Source: Chrysomallon squamiferum (taxonomy: Eukaryota; Animalia; Mollusca). From it: DNA of 64,000 nt. The notes under the pieces are model-generated. The model was not told the origin of the DNA, did not search any database, and worked only from the letters and a program-made list of their open reading frames with translations. This document shows positions 52,572 through 64,000 of the stretch, piece after piece (position 1 is the stretch's first letter; each line of letters opens with the position of its first letter). The position numbers and the translations under genes were made by a program. The stretch spans positions 2,542,001 through 2,606,000 of the forward strand of contig CM022676.1 of NCBI GenBank assembly GCA_012295275.1. The letters run 5' to 3'.

Positions 52572-52610
<39 letters not shown>

Positions 52611-53271
52611 GTAGTAGTAGTAGTAGTATTTTTAAATTTACAAGAAATGTAATTGTTTCAGTTTATTCTAATAATAATGATAATAATATGTGCGCTACTC
52701 TATAAAACATTTAGTCAAATTTATTGAGTATAACATGATATAAGTAAAAAAACTAAGTTAAAATTTAATATGATATTTATTCTGAAAGCAAACATTGAGA
52801 AATATAATCAACATTTACGAAATAGAACAAACGCTGATTGGTTTAATAAATAAATATATGAAAAATGAAATCAGTCTGTTATTTTATGTATTCATATGAA
52901 AATGTATGAAATAAGAGAGACTACACGATATAGTCAACATATGCATTTTTTCTATATATATATATATTTAATTTTCAATTCATTTATTAAAATTATTTTG
53001 AGTATTAAAAGTCTCTCTTGATCTTCAATTTAGAAAAATAATTCCTTAGAACTGTGTTTTCAAGAAAATGTCTGACACGATTGGGGATTCTTTTCACCAG
53101 AAAATATTTTCTTATATTGTGTTATATAACAGTTAAACAATTAGTTTCTGTTTATTGAATTTAGCTTCTTTCAAAGAAAACGTGAAGTATCAGTGTAAGT
53201 AGATAGAATACAATAGCTATTATATTGATTATAAACGTACACAATGTAAAGTTACTTTCATTATAATAATA

Positions 53272-53390
53272 TCATTTGTCACTTTTCTTCAGATTTTCAT
53301 ACAGGTTCAGTTTGGTATATTGTGGTTCTTCTCTGTTTTCTTGCAGACCTTCATAGGTGTGGTCAACTGTTACAGTGTTATTTACAGCAC
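53272..53390 (-). CDS. Last cytoplasmic exon of A2 with canonical ITAM
   Basis: ag|GT GCT GTA...: AVNNTVTVDHTYEGLQENREEPQYTKLNLYENLKKSDK*, i.e. DxxYxxL-x8-YxxL plus YENL. Confidence 0.85.
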
Positions 53391-53487
53391 CTGAAATAAT
53401 TTAAAGCGTTTAAATAAAATGTATTATCTTTAATAAGTAACACTGATTTTCACCATACATTAAGAAACATAGTACAATTATGTTTAC

Positions 53488-53598
53488 CAGTTTTTCTCAG
53501 ATTTTCGTACATCTCAATTCTTGAGTATTCAGTAGTATCTCTGTGTTGTTGAAGACCTTCATGTGTCTGGTCTGTAACTGGACTTGGATGTTCCGTAA
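53488..53598 (-). CDS. Penultimate cytoplasmic exon of A2 (degenerate ITAM repeat)
   Basis: 111 bp phase 1-1: TEHPSPVTDQTHEGLQQHRDTTEYSRIEMYENLRKT. Confidence 0.82.
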
Positions 53599-53784
53599 CT
53601 GTAAAGGCAACAAAAATCAGAAACTGATAATGAAAATATTACAACATTTAGTAGTGTGTTTAGATAAATACAGAACTGCTACAAAAACAGCAACAACCAC
53701 TACTACTGCTGTTACTACTAGTACTACAAATATTAATACTACAACATAATTTTATCACAACTTGCAGATTGTTTAAGAAGATAC

Positions 53785-53926
53785 CAGATTTGTTTGAAAA
53801 TGGTCCACGTCTTCTAAGAAAAAGAACAAGTATCACTATGACAACAATGACAGTCACAGAACCAACAGCTGCTCCTACAGCTGCACCAAGCAGAGAACAA
53901 GAAAGAACCACTCTGATCCTTTAAAG
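53785..53926 (-). CDS. Transmembrane exon of A2 (1-bp frameshift near its 5' end)
   Basis: LLGAAVGAAVGSVTVIVVIVILVLFLRRRGPF; exon length is 142 bp. Confidence 0.85.
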
Positions 53927-54555
53927 CTGTAATAGATAAAAAACATATATATAATAACATTTTGTTCTTTTAAATCTGTAGTAAATAAAATATATATAAT
54001 AAAAAGATGCTTATTATAAAACTATGATAAAAAATATGAAACTTTTAATGCTTCTTCACCTCTTGAGAATGGAAAAAAATTAAGAATGAAATATGTCTTA
54101 ACTTAAAAAAAATAATAATTTCTAACAAAAGGTTCTATCATAAAATATACAAATTCAGTTAGCATTAAAATGCCAAATATGAAGTAGTCAGCTTTCCACT
54201 CCTTATTCTGAACTATATCAAAAATTTGAAAGTTATTTATTTCCTATTAATTTAAATCTTTATTTTTTTTTTCTTATCTTTTAATTATTAACGTTTATAG
54301 TTATATACTTCTAATATATATATTACACTGAATAAACATCCAAGAATCCAAGAACTTCAAACATTTTCATGCATTTTACTTTTTTCCTTCTTTTGAATGC
54401 TCTGAAAAGTTTACAAAAAATAAAAATAAATAAAATAAATAAATAGATAAGTAAATAAATAAATAAAAATAATAATAAAATAAAAATAAATAAAATAAAA
54501 ATAAATCAATAAAGTGAAAGGAAATTGACGATATTAATAGTTGATGCTAGTTAAC

Positions 54556-54875
54556 CTTTTGTAATTATTTGAATGGTGACATAATCACTTCTATTATCTG
54601 AAGTTCTTGTTTTCAGCTGAAATTCTCACATCATAAACTGTTTTGTCTTTGAGACTGGTGGTATTATAAAACATTTTCTGTCCTTGTGTTGAGTCATCAA
54701 ACCATTTACTTTGCCAAGAAGTAATCCAGTTAGAGTCACTTTGTAATTTGTACTGCAGTATAAATCTTTGTTTGAAATTACCACCTGGGTAGTTAGGTAG
54801 CCAGGACAAGAACACTGTGTCTGATGTTGATTCTTTTTCTTGTTGGAACTCTTTAGGAGGAAGAGGTGGACCTGC
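54556..54875 (-). CDS. FN3 domain of A2
   Basis: GPPLPP...TSDTVFLSWLPNYPGGNFKQRFILQYK...W...SLKDKTVYDVRISAEN, a nephrin-type FN3; frameshift before DNRSDYVTIQIITK. Confidence 0.88.
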
Positions 54876-55036
54876 TCCAGTTAGGTTCACAGAGAACTGA
54901 GAGCATCCAACTTCATTACAGACAGACAGTTTGAATTTTCCAATGTCATTTTGATTAGTCTGACAGGTTTTCCAGTCTCAGCTCCCAGGATACTGTTTGC
55001 CTTGGTCTCCATAGCCATCTATGGTGTTGCTATACG

Positions 55037-55037
<1 letters not shown>

Positions 55038-55103
<66 letters not shown>
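55038..55103. repeat. (AAT)n microsatellite
   Basis: Direct inspection. Confidence 0.95.
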
Positions 55104-55104
<1 letters not shown>

Positions 55105-55659
55105 TTAGAATAATTATGTACATTTTGGTTAATAAAGAGATAAGAAATAATTTTTGTTTTAGAACTCAATTTTTGAATTTAGTTATTATTTAATTGTTTA
55201 TTTCTGATTGTAAAATAATTAATTTGCAAACGGAGTACACAAGAGAAATAAAAGGTAATATGGAAAATATCAATGCAAGCTTTAGAAATCTATAATACAG
55301 ACAAACATTCATTTAAATGAAAGAAAAAAGGAAGTGTAGAAAAAAGAAACGTCCAGAGTTTGCAGTGGGTGTGACAAATAGCGCTAATATTAACAACACT
55401 CGGAACTAAATTTACTTTAAAACTACCTTTTTAAAAAGCCTAATGGAGAGTAGATTGAACTTGTTCAGCCCTTATCCGCTAATTGATTCTGAGTCATTGG
55501 AGATTCGTGATTATTTCTCAGATGTTTTTCACGATTTTTGGAAATCCACCAAAAATGTCACAAACATCAACATTTTAGATATCAAAAATTATTAGAAAAA
55601 ATTGCTAGTTGTTGCACTGTCTATTTTACCCTCTGCAATGAGAAAATGAAATAACTGAC

Positions 55660-55956
55660 CTTTTACATAAATATCAGTAGATTTGGTTTGACTCAATTTT
55701 CCAGATCTATTTCTAATTCCATTATGTACACTACAAGTGTACGTTCCTCCATCTTCATATATAACAGATTTAAACATCAGTCTGTACTGACTGTTTCCAA
55801 CAACAACTCCACTAACATCCTCTATAAATACTCCATTCCAGTGATGTTTAAAACTTGTAAACTTCATGTTAACCGGACGACCATCAGCAAAACGCGTAAT
55901 AGTTGCTGTTATGTTTTCTGTTGTATTCAGTGAATCAAAAGTGATGTCTGGAGCAT
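55660..55956 (-). CDS. Ig exon of A2 (open; first Cys position is CGT)
   Basis: APDITF...ATITRFADGRP...HHWNG...YEDGGTYTCSVHNGI...IYVK, 297 bp phase 1-1. Confidence 0.85.
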
Positions 55957-56476
55957 CTGTTAAGAAAAGTTGTTAAAATTTATTGTTTCACACTAATGAT
56001 AAAGTAAATGATGTTAATTCGTTTTAATAAACAGGTAAAAGTTTAGAGACAGAACAAACAGATACTTACAGTTGACAACAACTTCCGTGTTACGTGACTT
56101 AACAAGGTTTTCGTATTCATTAGTAGTGACGTTTGCTTCACGTGTAATTACCATGAATGGTTCTGTTCAAGTTTGTTAAAATTAACTTTCCATTATTAAT
56201 CAACTCTTGTCGATCAAATGTCCACTTGAGTTCAGCTGGACGAGGATTGCTGTCTGATGTACAGGTCAAGGTCAGGTTATCACTTTCTTTAAGAAGTCCT
56301 GATTTTGAAAATGTGACTTTGATTCTGGGATAATCTGAAATATTAACACATTGAAATAATAGAATTAACACACTGAAGTAATTAACAAGGAACAAATGGG
56401 CTTTTATGACAAAGAGATACGATCTTTCAATCAGATATGTATATATGTATATATCTATCTATCTACCTATCTTATC

Positions 56477-56535
<59 letters not shown>

Positions 56536-57854
56536 TTTTAAACATTAAACATCTGTTTATTTCTTATACGTGTTTTCCTTTCGTAACTTTCAAAAACAGG
56601 TTAGAAAGTTTCTGATATCATTTAGATCTTACTTTTTGACTAACTAATAATTTTTTGTTCTATTATTTACATAGGAAATATAGCCGTCTGAAAAGACAAA
56701 ATGGTTTATTTCTCAGATTAAAATGAAACATCTTACAGTAAATGTTTAGTTGTATCTTATTAGATTCATGTCTTTGTTGGTCGTTTCTGTATGTGTGTTC
56801 ATTCCCAGCTGAACATTTGTAGCAGACTCCATTGTCTTCCTTTGTAGGTGTCAGTGACAAGTTAAACCGGTGTGTTGTACATCAGATCCATTTCTAATCC
56901 AGTAAAACTGAGCTGCTGGATTTCCTTTACCACTGTCAGGTAAAGAACAAATCAAAGAACTTCCTCTGTTTTCTAGCCATGGTTGTTGAGGATCTGCTTG
57001 GAGGATCTATTTAAAATATTCTCATTTTAATTCAGGTAAATGCGTGTGTTTTTTTTCTCCATATAAATAAGCGGTAAATATATATACATATTATTGCTAT
57101 CTGTACGTTTTTAAAGTTATTATCATTATTTTCTTTCAAGGTGTGAATGGAATAAAATGTATTTATTACTATAATACAAATGTATTTCTTACCATAAAAA
57201 AGGAAGTCGTTAGTACAATTATTTCGAAGAATTTATTGTTTTTAACCTAGCAATATTTTAAAGGTTTAATTCACAAATTCAAGCTAAGTGTTATAAATAT
57301 TTAACAATTTGACCAATGACTCATGGGCTGCAGAGAAACGAGGGTCTAAATATTCTTCATTGAAACTGTGGTGTTTTCTAAACTATTGAGAAAAAAACGA
57401 AATCTGACATTTAATTCATTTCAGACCTGTGAGTTTACAGCAAATTAACAAGTAGTGCACATAAGCCAACTTGTTGATTTTACAAAAGAATTACCAAAAG
57501 GTAAAACATTATTACAATCGGATAATTACCAGTCACTGTGTTAGATCTGCATTACTAATTATAATTAATCCTCCATTACTAGAGTGATAAAAGGGAAGAA
57601 ATAGGGGAAATAGCGACATTATATATATAATAAATAAATAAATTAGTGAACTAATTATGTTGCTTTTTGTACAATTGGTGACAGATTTTAAAAGGCTCCC
57701 TAATTTATTAAAAATAAATAAAACATAGAGAACCAGAAAGATATTTCATATGATTACAGAAGCATTGTATATATTTGTGTATGCTAATTCTGAACCCACC
57801 CAGTCTTGTATGTTGATATGTTTATAAATTATAAAAAATGTAAGAGTTACTTAC

Positions 57855-58124
57855 AGTGAATAGTCATGTTTCTGCTTTTCATCTCATTGTATTCACCAGA
57901 CTTCCAAGCAGAAACACACTCACACATTTTGTTATTCTGACTCCTGTTAGCTATGAAAGATGTTCTGGTTTCTTCTCTGTTAGAGCAGTGTACAGGATTA
58001 TAACATGTCCAGTTCAGATTTGGTTTTGGGTTCGCACCAGTTGTTGAACAGTTGAGCGTGACAGTGTCACCCTCAAACACAGGAAATGTTGTCCCTGAAA
58101 CAACTGAAGATAAACTTGGTGGAT
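57855..58124 (-). CDS. Open Ig exon of A2
   Basis: Homologue of 15238-15507. Confidence 0.85.
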
Positions 58125-58277
58125 CTGAAACCACAAATATTCATGTTATTTGTTTTTTGATTTCTTAAATAATTATTTTGATTTATTTATTTATTTACTT
58201 TTATTTTTATTATTTTCAATTAAATCATTAAAAAACAGGTATGTATTATCTCAAAGTCTACATGTTTATAAACTTAC

Positions 58278-58583
58278 ATTTCACGTCCAGAAACGTTTCT
58301 CCTGTAGACTCAGTCTGTGTATGTGTGTTTCTCACAGTACACTGGATTGTCTTCCCATTCTGTACTCTACTCAGTGTTAGTGTTTGAAGCCAAGTGTTTC
58401 CAGACGAACCTTTCTTCTCTCCCTGTCTTCCATTAACATCAGTTCCATCTTTAAACTTCCAGACGAAATCCACATCTGGTTTAACAGGTGTCACTGTTCT
58501 ACAGGTCAAGGTCAATGGTCGTCCTTCGACTGCCGTTTGTTCATTTGTAAAGGTGACACTGACATCATTCTGTGATGGACCAT
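58278..58583 (-). CDS. Ig exon of A2 (open frame, acceptor changed from tttacag to tttaagg)
   Basis: GPSQNDV...EGRPLTLTC...VDFVWKF...QNGKTIQCTVRN...LDVK. Confidence 0.8.
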
Positions 58584-59089
58584 CCTTAAAATTTAATCAA
58601 ATAGTAAAATATTTAGAATTATAACTGATATTTCTGAAAACTGGATCAGGAAAAGAGGCAGTAAAGAAACTTACTTAAAGACGATTTGAATAATAAATTT
58701 AAATATGTATTAAATATGTATCAACAGTTAAATTGCATAATTTTTGTACAAACAAAAGTATTAAGATAATTTAGAAATTATTTAGTTATTTAAACATTTT
58801 TTTAAATATCTAACATTAAATGTCCTACACCACACATCAAGTATTCCAGTGTTGGATGTTACAGGTCACCTGATGTGATATTTATGCTGGTGATTCCTGT
58901 GTTTATCTGTTCATTATTCTTGTACCAGTAAACAGAGGAGACTGGGTTGCTAGGTGACGTGACACATGTCAGAGAGACAAAACCTTCACTGACTTTTATT
59001 TTATCATTCTGTGAACTGATGTTTAATAGTTTCACGTCTTTTACCTGTACTGTGATAAACAAATATTTTGGTATTAGCACATTATTTCC

Positions 59090-59148
<59 letters not shown>

Positions 59149-59685
59149 TAATAACTGAAAAATCCAAATATATATTTAAAATATTAGGTAGCTTCGTAAA
59201 CATATGTCAGTAATTAATTATATCTTATTGTGGATACATGAAAATTACAAAAAGGTATCTGCATTTACTTCAAATAATAAAATACTGAACAGTTTGGATA
59301 TTTGATGTATAGTCACCTGGAAAGGTTGCAGTACAAATAAACGTGTCATAGTTGTAATTTTTAAAAAAGGTACGAATCAGGTGTATTGAAACATAAACTT
59401 TTCCTTGTACAGTTAAATAATTCATAGTCAGCCTGGCAACTGTTTTTACTTGTGGAGTTGTACAGCCATCACTGTATGATGTAGTAACTGGTGCCAAATT
59501 CTTAAACAGAAAGATAGCAGAAATATAATTGTTATTATCAGTCTTTTACTTTAATTAACGTAATAATAACAATAAATATGTATTTTTTTTTTTTTTTTTT
59601 TTGTTTTTTTTTTTTTTTTTTTCTTTACTTCTTATAATATTTGAAATAAACAGGTATTTTCAGGTTTGCTCCAAAAGTACATTTC

Positions 59686-59738
<53 letters not shown>

Positions 59739-60419
59739 GTTAGTGCTTTTATAGGCGAGTGCGAGGGTTGTTTCCAGGCTTTTGGTAATGTAAAAACCAC
59801 ACGAAATAAACTGATTATAATAATGCACAAATAACTTTTTTTAATATGTTTTACAATTTTTTTAATGAACACAGACTCACCATGGAAGTTTTACCAACAA
59901 AATTCCAGGAGATGTACACAGCAGGATAAGCACAGCCGCTCGTTACACTGACAGTAAAATCTTTCTCAGAATCAATGTCTGGTTGATTTGTACACGCATC
60001 AGTAAAATCAATCTTAGATGTATCAACAACAGCTAAAACATAATAATAATAATAACAAATAAATGAAAATAAATAAACTTCATGCTACCAGCAAATTCGT
60101 CTATTCTATTACTGTGTTAGTAATGTTGAGGAAAAAAACGAAACACCTAGGTTTAGTTTAAAGAATAGTGACGATGTTTCTCTGCAGGACAAGAAAAAAA
60201 AATAGAGCTACTTTATATATTTCATCTTTACTATTTTTATTATAATTTGAAAAGCCGTCAAACCGTTATAAATTCAAATCTTCACCTGCTAATTATCAGT
60301 TTTTTTATTGTTTTAGATTGACAAACTTATAAAATTACAAAGGTGCAGATTTTTTCAAGAACTTTAAACTTGGTACTTGTGCCAAAAAAGAAAAAAAAAA
60401 CATAAAAAATAAAATAAAA

Positions 60420-60597
<178 letters not shown>

Positions 60598-60982
60598 AAC
60601 TCAGAAGATGGTCTGCATTTGACATTCGTGGTTTTACATCAGGTAAATGAAACAGCTCGAAATCTCTGTAACTTTCTTGTCTTGAATAAAGACTTTCTTT
60701 CTTGGCCACAGTGGTCCCTATTCCTGTTTTTAACAATAGCAATAGCAAGTGATCACAATACATCATATTGGAAGTGGTTAATTTCAAAAGGTAGCTGAGA
60801 TAGAGACTTGAAATTCTGCCTGCTTATTTTTTTTCTAATCGCCAATGTCTATTAAATTATGGTGTGTGTTCATTTAATTTATAAAATTTCTTGATACACT
60901 CTTATGTAATCCAAAATGATAGTTAAAAACGTGACTATCTGAAAACTTCAAGAATATCACTGAGAATACTACAATATAATAT

Positions 60983-61019
<37 letters not shown>

Positions 61020-61669
61020 TCTGAGAAAACAAAAAGAAACAACAATAAAACAACAACAAACAAACAGACACACACACAAAATATAATAATAAAAAATGAA
61101 TAAAAAACCAACATAATTTAAGATTGTTTAAAACAAGTGCATAATATGTTCCTTTTAAACATAGAGACGAAAAAACAAAACGAAAGGAAAGAAAACCAGT
61201 GTGAATGACTACTTATTAATTTAAGTGAATGCATCTTCATAGGACTAATAGAAACAAAAATGTATATTTCAGCGAGAAAACACATATGATGAGCCTATAT
61301 TTTAATTTATATTTTCGATCTATAAAGGTGTACATCGGTTTTTCTCAAAATCAGTTACAAAAAAGGTAAAGCCGGTCAAATATTTTGTGTTCTGTGATTA
61401 TACACACTATATTGTTTCTGAGAAGGGTCATTTTAATTATTTTGGCCAAGCGTGAGAAAAAATTTCTTTCAGTTTAATTTTATAAAATCTTTATAAAGGA
61501 GTCATGTAGTTGAAAACATAATTAGATATATGTTTAAATAAGAATGACTTGAAATGACTGAAACTACACTGAAAACTAACCTGTCATATATATAATGTTA
61601 CTAGTTTCATGAAAACTAGAAGTAACAATAAATTATTGATTTATCAGATTGTCACTTGTTTTTCAGGTA

Positions 61670-63141
61670 TATATCTAGGCTTGGAACCTTTCAATCTAGT
61701 CCCCACTTAGTATGTCCTAAAACGTTTTGATATTTCGTTTCTTGTAAAACCAGAATTGTTTTTTTATGAAAAAAAAAAATATATATATATATATATATGA
61801 ACCTGTAAGGAAAAGTCTTTTCTGGCAAAAGTGTTGTGAAAACGCCAGTACCAGGGTGAAAGTATGTATGATATTTATCATTAAATGAAATAATGTCATT
61901 TTTGAGAATTAAGTCTTTCAACTGTTTACCTCTAATATTAACTTCCTATTATTCCCACAGAAAAAAAAAATGTGGTGACGATAGAAATCTTACATCACTA
62001 TAAATGTGTTCTTATTTTCTTCTTTCAGTCAAACAGATAGTCAAATAGATCCTGATTGTCTCTGGGATTAGAATTAAAACGATTACGAGGAGGTAAATAT
62101 ACTGAACATAATATAATAGTTTTATGAGTTGAGAAGTGTACAGCCACCTGCTGGAAATTAGTATTAAACTGAACTGTATTTTGGGCTATGTTTTCAATAA
62201 AACTTATGGATGAAACCATGGAAACTGTACCTTCATCTTCATGAAATATACGATAAAGCTTACATCTGCTAATAGTGTCAGTTTCCTTCAGAAGAGAAAC
62301 TGCAAAAAGGCAGTATTTTTGAATGAAGGAAGGTAATTCGTCAATGTTGGATCTAAACGCGTGACAGTATCACTAAATAAATGTATTTGCAATAATTGGA
62401 GTTATTTTAATCTTATCCCTTGTTCGTTGAGATGTAGATGCTGATATAGATGTTATCTTGAGATGAGGTTTCTATCATGTAATGAAGATTGTTAGTCAGG
62501 ATAAAATTGTATTCACTCTTCTTTAATTGTGTCATATATCATGGTTTGAACATTTTGAATGTATGGTATGTGTTCCTTAGTTGGTCTTACTGAAGCCTAA
62601 CTTCTCAGTAGAAATTCACTTTCACAGACTGTTAGATTCTGAAGATACTTGAATTTATTTCTGCGCAAGCTCCCTTATTAAATAACACTACACTATTTGG
62701 TCTGGTTAAGTCCGTCTGTATTTGAATAATTCTTGTAGACACTTCCACAGCTGAAATGGATTTTCGACTTTCAACTACTTCAGTTTTTCACTTTGGTCAT
62801 TCTTGGTAATATGTGAAGTGCTTCTCCTTGTAGTTGGTGCTTACCACATCATTCTTACATCCCTTGTTGTCATGATCATATTGAACACAAGAAGCACATA
62901 TCACTTTGCTATGACATGCATTTTGACATTTAAAACACAGCAGAGGGTTTGGAATTTAAGACAGACAGGTATACTCAGCCTCAACAGATTCCGACCAACA
63001 CTTATCGGCTTCACATGACCCAAGTAAAGATAATATATGCAATGCTCTTTCACTGACAGAACCAATAACTAGAAAGCCTGGAAAGGTTTGAGAGGTAATA
63101 ACCTTTATTTCATAAGCCAGTTTAAATCATCATCCGAAGAT

Positions 63142-63142
<1 letters not shown>
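61670..63142 (-). mobile_element. I/Nimb-like LINE relic (duplicate of 18990-20500)
   Basis: DLILKNDIISFNDKYHTYFHPGTG, QQVAVH...ILCSVYLPP and IPNPLLCFKCQ remnants. Confidence 0.8.
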
Positions 63143-63182
<40 letters not shown>

Positions 63183-63511
63183 AAAAGTGGGAACCGGTTT
63201 AGTTTGAAATGGTGATTACCCCCTTGTATGAGCCCTGCATATACATCTTAATAGTAAGAAAACAGTTTCCATGTAGGTTTGTAAAGTTTGAACTAAGACA
63301 GAAATTTATATATATTCAAATATCTGTATCTGTATATTTTTGTTTAAAGTATGGCAAGGTTTAGTACAAAAGAGCAATTATTTCGACTATGCTGCTTCCT
63401 TGCATGATCCCTGCATATGTTATGACGTATCTAACTATTTAACAAAAAAACACAAAAAAAAAACCACATTTAAATATAACAACAACAATAATAACTGTTG
63501 ACAAAACTTAC

Positions 63512-63829
63512 TTGCAAAAGGAGCTCTAAGTGTTAACCTCACAGAATATACAAAGTTTTGATAAGTTTCAGTAACATTCCAGGTTCCTGCGTGTTTTGTT
63601 TCATTAAAAGTAAAAATCTCAAGAGTTATGACATGTGTAGACTGTCTTGTTACATTGTAATTAAATCCAGAACCACACGGTCCACCTGATGCAAAACATG
63701 CTCCTTGTGCTGATCCATTCAGTATGAAAATAACAGATCCTGTTATGTCTTCTTCACTGTTTGTGTAGATCAAAACAAGAGACTGACCAAGCACTGGCAT
63801 TTTCTTGTCTGTGGTAAGAATTCTATTTC
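63512..63829 (-). CDS. N-terminal atypical Ig/V-like exon of A2 (open)
   Basis: 318 bp phase 1-1 homologue of 20851-21168. Confidence 0.75.
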
Positions 63830-64000
63830 CTTCAAAGATAATAAAAGTAATGAAAATATATATATATATATATATATAATATAAAAAAAAAAAAAAAAAA
63901 AAAAAAACACCCCAAAAACAACTACAATAATAATAAATGACATCGTAATAATTCTCAACCACAATAGTAATATAAATGTCTTAAGTATTTAAAGAAAAAT

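Noticed and set aside
53272-53330. NLYENL as an ITIM
   Set aside because: The residue at Y-2 is N, not I/V/L/S; better read as a YxN motif.

Overview
AT-rich, microsatellite-rich animal genomic DNA, most consistent with a mollusc (inference from the Ig-domain style and repeat motifs), with a 200-N scaffold gap at 27392-27591. Most ORF-track entries are artefacts. Hand-splicing the minus strand with GT/AG sites and exon phases reveals a co-oriented cluster of immunoglobulin-superfamily cell-surface receptor genes: two copies of a long multi-Ig + FN3 + TM gene (A1 ~13.6-21.2 kb, 3'-truncated; A2 53.3-63.8 kb), an Ig-Ig-FN3-TM gene fragment (B, 22.5-25.6 kb), a signal peptide-V-C2-TM gene (C, 44.9-49.1 kb) and two fragments of C paralogues (D, E). 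The small cytoplasmic exons, invisible in the ORF track, encode ITAM motifs (YEGL-x8-YTKL in A2, YECL-x7-YEKL in B) and an ITAM-like pair (YGHI-x9-YEKI in C). Every multi-exon model carries stops, frameshifts or broken splice sites, so this looks like a birth-and-death array of ITAM-type Ig receptors. The window also holds two satellite arrays (1-11.2 kb; 31.2-44.1 kb), a >=10 kb duplication, an I/Nimb-type LINE relic and several MITE-like elements. All gene models are manual reconstructions without expression data.
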